DNA of 64,000 nt from an archaeon (lineage in GTDB: Archaea > Micrarchaeota > Micrarchaeia > Norongarragalinales > UBA97), in NCBI GenBank assembly GCA_020057405.1, contig JAGVFW010000011.1:13111-77110 (forward strand). Reading direction: 5' to 3'. The first letter of the stretch is position 1. Each line of letters begins with the position of its first letter. Under the pieces are notes generated by a model. The model was not told the DNA's origin and did not search any database. It saw nothing but the letters and a program-made list of their open reading frames with translations. Positions 36,033 through 46,123 of this stretch are shown here, piece by piece. The translations under genes and the position numbers were made by a program.

Positions 36033-39000
36033 TTGTTCGTATCGCAGATAGAGCTTCGCAACTTCAAGTCGTTTCCTAGTGCAACGATTAAGCTCCAGCA
36101 GGGCTTCAACGGCATCGTCGGCCCAAACGGCTGTGGGAAAAGCAACATCATCGACAGCCTGCTCTTCGCTTTTGGCGAAAACCGGCTTAAGGCGATGCGC
36201 GTCAAGCGCTCGGTTGACCTGATTTTTGACAACAATAAAGTTGCCGAAGTCAAGGTCACCCTAACTAATGGCAGCGAGTCGCATGAAGTCGCGCGCATGG
36301 TCAAGCGCGATGGCAAGACGAAGTACATGCTTGATGGGAAGCGCACTAAGCGCTACGCGATTGAGGACTTTCTTTCCCACCACTCTGTCTCGACGACGAA
36401 CATCATCAAGCAAGGCGAAGTCCAGCGCATCGTTGAGATGGATAGCAAGGACCGGCGCGGCTTGATCGATTTAGTCGCCAACGTGAGTGAGTACGAGGAC
36501 AAGAAAAAAGAGGCGATGGGCGAGCTTTCGCAAGTTGAGTCCAAGCTCCGCGAATCCACTACGCTCATGCACGAGCGGGAGGGGTACCTTCGCGAGCTTG
36601 AGCAGGAGAAGAACAACGCGATAAAGTACAAGGAACTAAAAGAACGGCTCGACGTTCTCAAGGCGACGATAATCTACATTGACTTGAAAAACTACGAGGC
36701 CAGTTTCGAGGCGCTCATCAACTCGATGCTTGACCATGACAACAAGATTTCCGCAGTCGTTGCCAAAGTCAAGGAACTTGAGTCCTCGATTACTGCAAAG
36801 AATGCAGAGAAGGACGAGATTAACAAGCTCATCATCGAGCGCAGCCACGGGGAAGATGCCGAGTTGCAGCGGGCGATTGACGCCCTTAGCATCGGCATCG
36901 AGACGAGCAAGCGGACTATAGAGGAAAAGGGCGCCTCCGCAAAAGAGGCCGACGAGAAGCTGCATTCGAGGAAACTCGAGCTCACTAAGGCGGGTGACGA
37001 GGCGCACGGCACGGGAACTCAACTAAAGGAAATCGAGGAGGAGCTTGCGGTCGTCGAGAGGCTGTTAAAGGAGAAGACCGCGGAGTACAACCGTCTTTTG
37101 GGGAGCAGCAACAAGTTTTCAGAAGGCTTTCAAAAGGCCCGCGAGTTTGTCGAGCAGTCAACCGAGCGAATGTTTGGCATCAAGTCACAGCTTTCCGAGC
37201 TTCAGGCCGACGCGGGCAAGAACGAAGAACTGGCTCGGATGAAGGAAAAGGAGCTCGACCGCATCAAAAGCGGCGAGTTCGTCGACTATGGCCCCCAAAG
37301 GAAGGAAGTCGAGGGGCAGCGCCACGGGCTAAACGCCAAGCTAAAGGAAGCGCAGGCTACCCTCGACGGGCTTTTTGAGCGAGAGCGAAAGCTAAACGAG
37401 CGCGTGCCGGTGCTTGAAGACCTGCTTTTGATGGCGCGCGAAAAATGCGTTGAAATTACTTCGCGCCTGCGCACGGCCGGTGAAGGCAACGAGCGGTCGG
37501 CCGAGGCGGTTGACACGCTGCGAAAGGAGGACAAGGGCGTTCTCGGCACGGTCGAGGAGCTCTGCACTTACTCAAGCCGGTACGCCGTCCCCGTGCAGGT
37601 GGCCTTCGGCGCTCGCAGCAACTTCGTCATCGTCGACTCAAGCAAGACCGCGTCAAGAGCCATTACTGCACTCAAGTCGCGGCGGCTTGGCCGCGTGAGC
37701 TTCATCCCCCTTGACAAGATTGGCACGCCGAATCTCATCAAGAAAGAGGACCGCGAGCTTGCAGAGAGGCCCGGGGCGCTTGGGTTCTTAATTGACTTGA
37801 TTGATTTTGACGAGAAGCACAAGCGCGCCTTCGAGTTCGTTTGCGGCAACACGCTTTTGATGTCTGACATGCACTCTTGCGAACCCCTCATCGGCAAGAT
37901 TCGGATGGTGACGATGGAGGGCGAGCTTGTCGAGTCAAGCGGCCTGATGACTGGCGGCACTTTCACGCTGCGCGTGAGCGCGGCAGTCGAGAGAAGACAG
38001 TTAACTGAATGGGAGAAGAAGCGCGACGACGCGAAACGCGAAAAGGATGGGGCTTATGATGCGCTGCAGGGCCTTCGCGAGGAGATGAACGACGCGCGAA
38101 AGAAGAAAGCCGAGGCCGAACTTGCGCTAAAGTCCTGCGAAATCCAGCTCGCCCACATGGCCGAGCAGGAAAAGCGCGAGCGGGAAAGCAAGGCCCACGT
38201 GGCAAAGGCGCTTGACGAGATTGCGTCGGACATAGTGCAGTTGCGCGAGTCTGTCGGCAAATCAAACGAGGAGCGAAGCCGGCTCGTACGCGAGCTCTCG
38301 GACTTAAACCTCAAGATGCTTGAAGCCAAGCAGCAGGTTGATGTTGAGAAGGAAGAGGCTTTCGGCATCCAGCTAAAGGAGCGCGAGCGGGCGATAAACG
38401 AGCTGCGCATGAAGTACATCGAGTACGAAAACCGGCTGCAGTCCCTGCGCACGCAGCATTCGCTTTACGACAAGCAGGCGCGCTCGCTTGAAAAAGAAGT
38501 TGCCGAACTCGACGCCCAGACGGGGGTCCTGCGAAAAGCCGTTGACGAGGCTGACGATTACATCAAGAAGGCGCGAGGCGAGCTAAAGGAGAAGACCGAG
38601 GCGCAAAAGGCCCTTAGCAGCCGGTTTGCCGAGATGGTGAACAAGCGCGAGAAAATCGATTCCGAAATCGCCAAGCTCGGCAACGAAAAGGGCCGCCTTG
38701 AGTTCGAGCGCGAGAAACTCGAGCACGAGGCCGGGAACGAGCGCGTGAAGAAGGCGGTTGTCGAAAACACGCTCGCCACGCTAAAGGGGCAGATGGACGA
38801 GTTCGCGAGCGTCACGCCGATGGATGGCAAGGGAATCGAGCACAAGCCCGAGCTCGTCGCCCACGCCAAAGTCGCGCACGCTGAAATAGAGTCGCTTGGC
38901 AGCGTGAATATGCGCGCGGTTGAGATGTACGAGACGCGGGCGAAGGACTTCGAGGAACAGAAGAAGCGCGTGGAGCAGCTCTTCACCGAGAAAGAGGCGG

Positions 39001-39485
39001 TAATCACCGTCATCAACGCAATCGAGGGCAAGAAAGTCGCGACTTTCATGGAGTCCTACAACCACATCAATTCGAACTTCAAGCGCATTTTCGCGCAAAT
39101 CTTCAAGGGCGAAGGCACGCTGTTTCTCGAGAACCCCGAGCGGCCCTTTGACGCCGGCCTCACCATCCAAGTCAAGCTTGAGAACAAGGAAGTCAAGTAC
39201 CTCGAGCTGATGAGCGGCGGCGAGAAGAGCCTGATTGCACTGGTCTTCATGTTCGCGGTGCAGAGTGTCAACCCGTCGAGTGTATACATCCTCGACGAGG
39301 CCGACGCGGCCCTTGACGCAGAGAACTCAAGGAAGCTCGCGATGCTCTTGCACGCGCTTGCGGAAGGCACGCAGTTCCTCGTCGTCACCCACAACCAGAA
39401 CGTCTACAAGGAAGCCGACACGCTCATCGGCGTCAGCGCCGCGAAGGAAGGCAGCCGCGTGGTTGAAGTGAAGTTGAACGAATAG
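36033..39485 (+). CDS. smc: chromosome segregation ATPase SMC
   Basis: TTG start; Walker A GPNGCGKSN, extensive coiled coil, hinge, signature LSGGEKSL and Walker B ILDEADAALD at the C-terminus. Confidence 0.9.
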   Translation: MFVSQIELRNFKSFPSATIKLQQGFNGIVGPNGCGKSNIIDSLLFAFGENRLKAMRVKRSVDLIFDNNKVAEVKVTLTNGSESHEVARMVKRDGKTKYMLDGKRTKRYAIEDFLSHHSVSTTNIIKQGEVQRIVEMDSKDRRGLIDLVANVSEYEDKKKEAMGELSQVESKLRESTTLMHEREGYLRELEQEKNNAIKYKELKERLDVLKATIIYIDLKNYEASFEALINSMLDHDNKISAVVAKVKELESSITAKNAEKDEINKLIIERSHGEDAELQRAIDALSIGIETSKRTIEEKGASAKEADEKLHSRKLELTKAGDEAHGTGTQLKEIEEELAVVERLLKEKTAEYNRLLGSSNKFSEGFQKAREFVEQSTERMFGIKSQLSELQADAGKNEELARMKEKELDRIKSGEFVDYGPQRKEVEGQRHGLNAKLKEAQATLDGLFERERKLNERVPVLEDLLLMAREKCVEITSRLRTAGEGNERSAEAVDTLRKEDKGVLGTVEELCTYSSRYAVPVQVAFGARSNFVIVDSSKTASRAITALKSRRLGRVSFIPLDKIGTPNLIKKEDRELAERPGALGFLIDLIDFDEKHKRAFEFVCGNTLLMSDMHSCEPLIGKIRMVTMEGELVESSGLMTGGTFTLRVSAAVERRQLTEWEKKRDDAKREKDGAYDALQGLREEMNDARKKKAEAELALKSCEIQLAHMAEQEKRERESKAHVAKALDEIASDIVQLRESVGKSNEERSRLVRELSDLNLKMLEAKQQVDVEKEEAFGIQLKERERAINELRMKYIEYENRLQSLRTQHSLYDKQARSLEKEVAELDAQTGVLRKAVDEADDYIKKARGELKEKTEAQKALSSRFAEMVNKREKIDSEIAKLGNEKGRLEFEREKLEHEAGNERVKKAVVENTLATLKGQMDEFASVTPMDGKGIEHKPELVAHAKVAHAEIESLGSVNMRAVEMYETRAKDFEEQKKRVEQLFTEKEAVITVINAIEGKKVATFMESYNHINSNFKRIFAQIFKGEGTLFLENPERPFDAGLTIQVKLENKEVKYLELMSGGEKSLIALVFMFAVQSVNPSSVYILDEADAALDAENSRKLAMLLHALAEGTQFLVVTHNQNVYKEADTLIGVSAAKEGSRVVEVKLNE

Positions 39486-39576
39486 AGTTGCAAACTTTCG
39501 CGAACACCTAACTAAGCCCGGCAAGTGGGTTACAAAAAGCTTTTTATTGCCCCCACTCAATTTCTAAAAGAACGAG

Positions 39577-40443
39577 GTGGTTCATTTGAAGAAATTAGTT
39601 TTGGCAGTGCTCTTCTTGGGCATCGTAGCAGGAATGGCATCGGCAGCAACGCTGACGATACGGCCCGATGGCCAGGGATTTTACTCGGCGTGGACTAACG
39701 TCGGATGCAGTTCCGGCTCAAGCGAATGGCAGTGCGTTGACGAGTCGTCTGCAAACACTAGCGACTACCTGAAGGCAACGAATACGGCAAAGGAAAGCTT
39801 TTCCTTCGGCAGCACCGGCCTATCGACTGAAACAGTCAACAGCGTCACAATCTACTACTACGCGAAGTGGAACCTGAAGACTGCAGACTCGTGCTTTGAC
39901 GCGATGATTCGCGCAAGCAGCACCGACTACGCCGGGAACAACTTCTGCACGAACGGAACTTGGCTGTACTACTCGCAGACGTACTCCACCAACCCGGCTA
40001 CCGGCAGCGCGTGGACGATTGCAGAAGTCAACGCGCTTGAGGCTGGCATGAAGGGCGGTGCAACAAATGGCGGCGGTTACGTAGCGCAAGTGTACGCAGT
40101 AGTTGATTACAATCCCCTCTTGTCCGACCTGTTCATCAACGGGTTGAACTTCTATGAATACGACAACAGCAACGGAACCGGCCAAGTCAGGGCGTTTGTC
40201 TGGGGCTACACCAAGAACGCTGGCGTCGCGAATGCAAGTGCATCGACGACACAGATGTCGTACCTGTCAACCGATGACCAGTCGGTAGGCGTGCTTGCAC
40301 CCGGAGTACAATCGTACTTCAGCCGCGACTACCTGTGCACTTCGGCGCACACATTCACCGCAACAGCCGACTTTTACGGCGCGGTGACGGAGAGCAACGA
40401 GGGCAACAACGCGGCCTCGGTCTACATCGACTGCGTAGTGTAG
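39577..40443 (+). CDS. secreted protein with C-terminal CARDB-like domain
   Basis: Signal peptide MVHLKKLVLAVLFLGIVAGMASA; C-terminal ...VTESNEGNNAASVYIDC resembles CARDB. Confidence 0.5.
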   Translation: MVHLKKLVLAVLFLGIVAGMASAATLTIRPDGQGFYSAWTNVGCSSGSSEWQCVDESSANTSDYLKATNTAKESFSFGSTGLSTETVNSVTIYYYAKWNLKTADSCFDAMIRASSTDYAGNNFCTNGTWLYYSQTYSTNPATGSAWTIAEVNALEAGMKGGATNGGGYVAQVYAVVDYNPLLSDLFINGLNFYEYDNSNGTGQVRAFVWGYTKNAGVANASASTTQMSYLSTDDQSVGVLAPGVQSYFSRDYLCTSAHTFTATADFYGAVTESNEGNNAASVYIDCVV

Positions 40444-40505
40444 AGTAAGAAAACACGCCAAAAAGGGGAAGACGAAAAATCCCCCTTTTTCCCTTCTTTT
40501 TTATT

Positions 40506-40841
40506 TTAAGTGACTTTAGTGCCAACGGGCACGTCGGCCTGCGGGCCGAGGAGCACGCAAGTGCTGCCGTCATCGCTTTCGGCGCAGAGCAGCATTCCCT
40601 GCGATTCCTCGCCAGCGAATTTTGCGGGCTTGAGGTTGGCGAAAACGACGACTTTTTTGCCGACGAGTTCTTCGGCAGTGTAGTAGGGAACTAATGATGA
40701 GACGATTTGGCGGACTTCGCCTTCGCCCATTGCGACTTTGAGCTTGTAGAGCTTTTCAGTGCGGGGCACTTTCTCGGCTGACAAAATCTCGCCAATCAGA
40801 AGCTCCAGCTTCCCCCAATCGGTAAGAACAGCTTGCTCCAT
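40506..40841 (-). CDS. tRNA-binding protein (CsaA/Trbp111, MetRS C-terminal-like OB fold)
   Basis: KLYKLKVAMGEGEVRQIVSSL...VGKKVVVFANLKPAKFAGEESQGMLL signature of the tRNA-binding domain. Confidence 0.8.
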   Translation of the reverse strand: MEQAVLTDWGKLELLIGEILSAEKVPRTEKLYKLKVAMGEGEVRQIVSSLVPYYTAEELVGKKVVVFANLKPAKFAGEESQGMLLCAESDDGSTCVLLGPQADVPVGTKVT

Positions 40842-40844
40842 GCC

Positions 40845-41057
40845 CTAAAGCCCGAGTGCGCGCAGCACGACGCCGAACGCTATTGCCAAAAGAACGGCTA
40901 CTAGGAGGAGGTTGATGTAGGAAAGTGCCTTGAGTTCGAAGAGTTTTGACTCCATTGTCTCCTCTACGCGCTTGTCAAAATCATGGAATGCCTGGAGCTC
41001 GGAATCGAGCGATTCGAGCATTCGCGCGATGTCTTCGTTGTTGGTTCGTTTTGCCAT
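40845..41057 (-). CDS. small membrane protein (70 aa)
   Basis: C-terminal TM helix; start taken at the internal Met to avoid overlap with MCM. Confidence 0.3.
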   Translation of the reverse strand: MAKRTNNEDIARMLESLDSELQAFHDFDKRVEETMESKLFELKALSYINLLLVAVLLAIAFGVVLRALGL

Positions 41058-41133
41058 GGCAAGCCACTTCCGATAATTCCTTATGGTTAAAAGCAGCACT
41101 TGATTTAAACAGTTTCCGTAAGGTGTGGTTTCA

Positions 41134-44100
41134 ATGGAAGTAGCGCAACAGAGGCTTATTAGCAGCGAGCTGGTGCTGCGGTTCGACAAGTTTTTCTCGC
41201 AGGAGAGCCAAAAGCGGCGGCTTGAAATCGTTGCCTCAAAGTACCCGCAGGTAAAGAGCGCCGATGTCGACCTTGACGACGTCTACAAGTTTGACCACGA
41301 CTTGGCGGACGAAATCCTTGAGCAGCCTGACGTTTACCGCGAGGCCGCGGAAGAGGCGGTGCGCAGGATGGGCGTGGCGTCAGTGCAGGAAAACGAGTTT
41401 TCGCCCCACGTGCGCTTCTTCAACACGCCTGACGTGCCAAAATTCCGGCCCATGGTGCTTGAGCTCGGCGCAGACCACCTAAACCGCCTTATTTCGATTG
41501 ATGGCACGGTCAGCTCAATTGGCGACATCAAGCCGCACTTGAAGCGGGCGGTGTGGCGCTGCAAGTTCTGCGAAGCCACTACCGAAACTTTTCCCGACAA
41601 GACTGAACCGGTCCAGCCGCCGTTCTTTTGCGAGAGCTGCACGCGCAAGGACGGGAAGGCCAACTTCGAGCTTGACGAGAAGGCAAGCTGGCTTGTCAAC
41701 AAGCAGCGGTCTGAAATCCAGGACGCAGTCGAGCGCCTGCGCGGCAACGTCCCGGCAGTGCACGTCGAACTGTGGCTTGAGGACGACCTCACCAACAGGA
41801 TTGCGCCAGGCGATAAAGTCATCCTTAGCGGCATCCTGAGGCTAAAGCCCCTGACGCAAGGCCGCGGGAAGAGCAGCGTTTACGGCAAGTTTTTCGAAGT
41901 CATGCACGTTCACGAGCGTGAACTTGAATTCGAGGAAATCGAGATTACAAGAGAGGATGAGGTCGAAATCCTCAAGCTTGGCCGGGACCCCAAGCTGTTT
42001 GAGAAAATCGTCGCGAGCATCGCACCCAGCCTCTACGGTTACACTGAACTAAAGCAGTCGATTGCGCTGCAGCTATTCGGAGGCACGCCCGGAAAAGTGC
42101 TTCCTGACGGGGAGCGCATCCGAAGTGATATGCATATTTTAATGATCGGTGATCCGGGTTGTCTCGTGGCCGATGAGCGGGTTGCACTAGGAAACGGCGC
42201 AATCGCTAAGATGGGAGAGCTTGGAACCAAACACTTGCAGGAAATAAACGTGTCCGTGCTTACTGGCGAGGGGGGAAGGAAACGGGATGTCGCAACCGTC
42301 TTCCACAAGTACCCTAACCAGCCGGTCATGGAAGTAATTACAGAAAGCGGCAAAAGCATCAGGGGAACTCACAACCACCCGCTATTGTGCGTAGAAGGCG
42401 ATTACGGAAGGATACAAAGAAATTGGAAGCGCCTTGATGAACTCAAAGTCGGGGACAAACTGGCGGCAGTAACGTCAATCCCCTGTACGATTACCGCACC
42501 GGTCGCTACCGGATTCAAGCCTCTAGCCTACAAGGGGGGACCCAAGTTCAGCGGAAAGCTGCCGGCCCGCTTCACGCCCGACCTGGCCGCACTGTCGGGC
42601 TATTTCCTTGGCGACGGCTGGGCAACTGAAACTGAAGTCGGATTCGTAGTGGCCGAACCGGAGAAAGACATCATACCCGAGCTTGAGCGCAAGTGCGTAA
42701 AGCTTTTTGGCATTAGTCCCAAGAAAGTGTCGCACAAGCTCGCTAAAGGCAGAACGGTTCCACTCCACTACTTCGGGCTATACTCGAAAGATATTGCGAA
42801 TAACTTAAAGTTCCTTCGGGAAAAGCGCGTGCCGGCACTGGTCCTCGCGTCGGGAAATAGGGTATTGGCGGAATTCCTAAAATGGCTCTTTGAAGCTGAC
42901 GGCACGGTCTTCGACAAGGGCAGGGGCAGGCGGGTCGTCGGGCTAAAGGCCAAGAATATCGAACTATTGCGGGACGTTCAGATGCTCCTACTTAGGTTTG
43001 CAATCCACTCGCGAATCGACGGCAACGCGCTTTTGATACGCCGGGGGAATGACATCATTAAGTTTACAAAGAAAATCGGCTTCGCATCGCAAAAGAAGAG
43101 GAAAAAACTCGAAAGCCTCGCCGCCAAAGCCAAAGGATTCGCGAGGACAAAGGGGCAGCGGGTTGAAAAAATCGTCAAAATCATCCGACACCCCCCCGAA
43201 GACGTCTTCGACGTCGAAGTGCCAAAGGGCCACCGCTTCATCGCAAACGGCATTATCTCCCACAATACGGGCAAGTCAACTATGCTTGAGTACGTTTCCA
43301 ACATTGCGCCCAAGAGCGTTGTTGTTAGCGGTGGCAGCTCGACTGGCGTCGGCCTCACGGCTGCTGCTGAAAAAGAGGAGGGCGGCGAGGGTTGGGTGCT
43401 TAAGGCGGGCGCCATGGTGCTCGCGAATGGCGGAATTGTCGCAATTGACGAGCTTGACAAGATGAATGAAAACGACAGGGGCGCAATGCACCAGGCGATG
43501 GAGCAGCAGTACATCAGCATTGCAAAGGCAGGCATTGTCACTGAATTCCAGACCAAGACTGCAGTCTTGGCGGCTGCAAACCCAAAGCTCGGCAGGTTTG
43601 ACCCCAACACGCCCCCCGCGCAGCAATTCAACATTTCTCCGGCCCTGCTCTCGCGTTTCGACCTGATTTTCACCATGCGCGACGTGCTTGACGAAAGCCG
43701 GGACAAGGCAATGGCGAGCCACATTCTCGAGGGCCACAGGATTGCGGCCTCGAAGGAAGCCCCGCCGAAGTCAAGCATCACCGTCCCGCTAATTGAGCAG
43801 ACTATTTTGCGAAAGTACATCGCTTACGCAAGGCGCCACTCAGCTCCAAAGCTCACGAAGGAAGCCTCGGAGAAAATCAGGGACTACTACGTGCAAATGC
43901 GCCGCATTGGACAGGAGCAGAATACTTTCCCGATCACTGCGCGGCAAATTGAGGGCCTCATCCGCCTCTCGGAAGCTAGCGCGAAAATGCGTTTGTCGGC
44001 AACAGTTGACTTGCAGGACGCCCAGCGCGCGGTTGACTTGCAGAACTACGTGCTTAACGAAGTCTTCATCGACAGGGAGACCGGCAAGCTCGACAGCGAC

Positions 44101-44337
44101 GTCGTCAATCTCGGACAGTCGAAGAACCGGCTTGACCGCGTGCGGACCGTGCTTAACATCATCCGCGACATCGAACGCGAGTACGACCTCGCTCCCATCG
44201 ACGATGTCGTGAAGGAAGCGCGCAACTACAACATCGACGAGTTCTACGCAAGGAACCTCATCGACGAGCTACTCCGCAAGGGCGAGCTCTACGGCCCCAA
44301 GGCGGGGTATGTGAAGAGCGCACGGCAAAGGGAATAG
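41134..44337 (+). CDS. mcm: MCM replicative helicase containing an intein in the Walker A loop
   Basis: Zn-finger CKFCE...CESC, Walker A GDPG-[intein]-TGKST, Walker B IDELDKM, Arg finger SRFDL; alternative GTG start at 41125; 701 aa after intein removal. Confidence 0.9.
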   Translation: MEVAQQRLISSELVLRFDKFFSQESQKRRLEIVASKYPQVKSADVDLDDVYKFDHDLADEILEQPDVYREAAEEAVRRMGVASVQENEFSPHVRFFNTPDVPKFRPMVLELGADHLNRLISIDGTVSSIGDIKPHLKRAVWRCKFCEATTETFPDKTEPVQPPFFCESCTRKDGKANFELDEKASWLVNKQRSEIQDAVERLRGNVPAVHVELWLEDDLTNRIAPGDKVILSGILRLKPLTQGRGKSSVYGKFFEVMHVHERELEFEEIEITREDEVEILKLGRDPKLFEKIVASIAPSLYGYTELKQSIALQLFGGTPGKVLPDGERIRSDMHILMIGDPGCLVADERVALGNGAIAKMGELGTKHLQEINVSVLTGEGGRKRDVATVFHKYPNQPVMEVITESGKSIRGTHNHPLLCVEGDYGRIQRNWKRLDELKVGDKLAAVTSIPCTITAPVATGFKPLAYKGGPKFSGKLPARFTPDLAALSGYFLGDGWATETEVGFVVAEPEKDIIPELERKCVKLFGISPKKVSHKLAKGRTVPLHYFGLYSKDIANNLKFLREKRVPALVLASGNRVLAEFLKWLFEADGTVFDKGRGRRVVGLKAKNIELLRDVQMLLLRFAIHSRIDGNALLIRRGNDIIKFTKKIGFASQKKRKKLESLAAKAKGFARTKGQRVEKIVKIIRHPPEDVFDVEVPKGHRFIANGIISHNTGKSTMLEYVSNIAPKSVVVSGGSSTGVGLTAAAEKEEGGEGWVLKAGAMVLANGGIVAIDELDKMNENDRGAMHQAMEQQYISIAKAGIVTEFQTKTAVLAAANPKLGRFDPNTPPAQQFNISPALLSRFDLIFTMRDVLDESRDKAMASHILEGHRIAASKEAPPKSSITVPLIEQTILRKYIAYARRHSAPKLTKEASEKIRDYYVQMRRIGQEQNTFPITARQIEGLIRLSEASAKMRLSATVDLQDAQRAVDLQNYVLNEVFIDRETGKLDSDVVNLGQSKNRLDRVRTVLNIIRDIEREYDLAPIDDVVKEARNYNIDEFYARNLIDELLRKGELYGPKAGYVKSARQRE
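42160..43266 (+). mobile_element. MCM P-loop intein (~369 aa) with LAGLIDADG homing-endonuclease domain
   Basis: Begins Cys after GDPG, ends His-Asn before Thr(+1); internal LSGYFLGDGWA and LKWLFEADGTV dodecapeptide motifs; boundaries +/-2 nt. Confidence 0.8.
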
Positions 44338-44442
44338 TATAGCGCCTGAAAAATCCCTAGATTTCGCCAGCGTAGCGGCAAGGCCGGCAAGCCACTGCCG
44401 AACATATTTATAAGGCGAGTTGTATATACTTGTGGTGTTTAG

Positions 44443-44688
44443 GTGGGTAACGTGTTGATTTCACTCGATGAGAAGCACGAGCGCCTCTTGCGGCGGCTGG
44501 TAGAAGAGAAGCACCAGGGCCGCAGGGGAGCCATTAGCGCAGTGGTAGCCGAAGGAATCGATGCAGTTGCGGAAAAGAGCCATAGACGGGCGGCGGCAAA
44601 ACGCCTGATTGAAGGCATGCGCAAAGGCGTCGACTTTGGCTTGAGGGGAAGGAAAGCTTACGAGAGCAGGGATGAGATTTATGACTGA
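44443..44688 (+). CDS. ribbon-helix-helix/CopG-like antitoxin
   Basis: Small basic ORF overlapping the downstream PIN gene by 17 nt. Confidence 0.6.
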   Translation: MGNVLISLDEKHERLLRRLVEEKHQGRRGAISAVVAEGIDAVAEKSHRRAAAKRLIEGMRKGVDFGLRGRKAYESRDEIYD

Positions 44689-45106
44689 AGGAACGGTTCT
44701 CGTAGATACGAATGTCCTCGCCTATGCTTATCAATCATTTGACGACCGGCATGAGACTGCCGTCAATGTGCTCGACGAGTTGATTGAAAACGGGAGGGGC
44801 GCAGTTAGCGTCCAGAACTTGGCGGAATTCTCGCGCTTGGCAGTTGAAAAATTCCCGAAAACCATTTCCCACGAAGAAGCACGGGAAATTGTGTTGAATC
44901 TCTCTGCCAGCCTTGACGTCGTATCGTACCGGGCGCAGACTGTCTCTGAAGCCTTAAGACTATGCAGGACCTACAAGCTGCACTTTTTTGACGCGCTTCT
45001 TGCGGCCACGATGGAACAAGACGGAATCAGAATTATAGTCACCGAAAACGAAAAAGACTTTAGGAAAATACCGTGGCTGAAGGTCGTCAACCCATTCAAG
45101 CCCTAA
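44672..45106 (+). CDS. vapC: PIN-domain toxin (VapC)
   Basis: VLVDTNVL...DALLAATM...IIVTENEKDF acidic quartet. Confidence 0.8.
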   Translation: MRFMTEGTVLVDTNVLAYAYQSFDDRHETAVNVLDELIENGRGAVSVQNLAEFSRLAVEKFPKTISHEEAREIVLNLSASLDVVSYRAQTVSEALRLCRTYKLHFFDALLAATMEQDGIRIIVTENEKDFRKIPWLKVVNPFKP

Positions 45107-45193
45107 ACCGCAAAGCTCATTTTGGCAGTGAGGCCTATGTTTGCGGCCGCGGGCAAAGCGCTTTTAACCAAGCGGCAGCGAAAGTAACTTGCT

Positions 45194-46120
45194 ATGCGAA
45201 AAGTAGTATTGTTGATGATAGCGTCTTTCCTCTTTGTCCAGCTCTTGGCGCTCGCGGTTGGAAGCGAGTTCATCGCGCAAAAAATCAGCGTCGTAAAGGA
45301 CTCGGCTGATAACAATAACGCGATTTTCTTCTTTGGCTACGTGCTCTTTAGCGCCGTTGTGCTCCTCCTCGTGCTAAGGTTCTACAGCGGCAACCTGTTG
45401 TTCGTCTTCCTTGAGTTCGTCCTCCTGTTCTTCTCAATGCAAATACTATTCTCCCTAGTTGTTGACAGCGAGCTGGTTGCCGCAGGCGCGGCGCTTTTAG
45501 TCACCCTCCTGCGCTTCAAGTTCCCCTACATTCGCGCGCTGCTTTTGCTATTGGCAAGCGCTGTTGTCGGGGCGCTTTTGGGCTCGAGCCTCGACATCGT
45601 GCCCGCAGTAATCCTAAGCGCGCTTCTGGCCGGCTATGACGTCATCGCGGTTTTCTACACCAAGCACATGGTGACCCTAGCTAAGGGGCTTAGCGCGCGG
45701 GGAGCGGCTTTTAGCATCCAAATCACTGCGGAAAAGAAAATCGAGGCGCGGACAAAGGCGGTCGTGCGGCCCGCGCTCAAGCTCCCAAAGGGCGACGCGG
45801 CGTACAGCCGTGGCATTGCGACTAAAGTTAGCGCGCCGACAACAGACCGCGAGCGCGATTCCGTAGAGACGATTGAGCTTGGCACGGGCGACTTAGTCAT
45901 TCCTGCAATGCTTTTAGTCAGCGCACTCAAACTTGACGGGGTCGGAACTCTTCCGCTTCACGCCATCGCCGCCTTTGCAGGCAGCGTGTTAGGCATCGCC
46001 GGACTGTTTTGGGTGCTTGAACGCCAGAGGGGCTATTGGCCGGCGCTGCCGCCACTCGTTTTCGGCGCCCTACTCGGCCTAGCTGCACTTCAAGTGCTCA
46101 TTGTCCTCAAGGTGGTTTAG
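45194..46120 (+). CDS. archaeal presenilin/signal-peptide-peptidase homolog (A22 aspartyl intramembrane protease)
   Basis: Multi-TM protein with the YD (LLAGYDVIAVF), GxGD (LGTGDLVIP) and PAL (YWPALPPLVF) motifs in the correct order. Confidence 0.75.
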   Translation: MRKVVLLMIASFLFVQLLALAVGSEFIAQKISVVKDSADNNNAIFFFGYVLFSAVVLLLVLRFYSGNLLFVFLEFVLLFFSMQILFSLVVDSELVAAGAALLVTLLRFKFPYIRALLLLLASAVVGALLGSSLDIVPAVILSALLAGYDVIAVFYTKHMVTLAKGLSARGAAFSIQITAEKKIEARTKAVVRPALKLPKGDAAYSRGIATKVSAPTTDRERDSVETIELGTGDLVIPAMLLVSALKLDGVGTLPLHAIAAFAGSVLGIAGLFWVLERQRGYWPALPPLVFGALLGLAALQVLIVLKVV

Positions 46121-46123
46121 GGA

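Noticed and set aside
36353-39394. Many long antisense or alternate-frame ORFs inside smc (e.g. 36636-37022, 37568-37966, 38558-39049) and similarly inside the Kazal genes, mcm, and the 57698-61207 gene
   Set aside because: These are typical stop-codon-poor shadow frames of a high-GC genome. Their composition is Ser/Arg/Ala-rich with no motifs, and they overlap strongly supported genes.
42115-42185. Apparent one-nucleotide frame inconsistency when hand-translating the mcm region around the intein N-terminus
   Set aside because: The ORF track reads through cleanly, so this is most likely my own counting error at line boundaries and not a real frameshift. Intein boundaries are therefore given to +/-2 nt.
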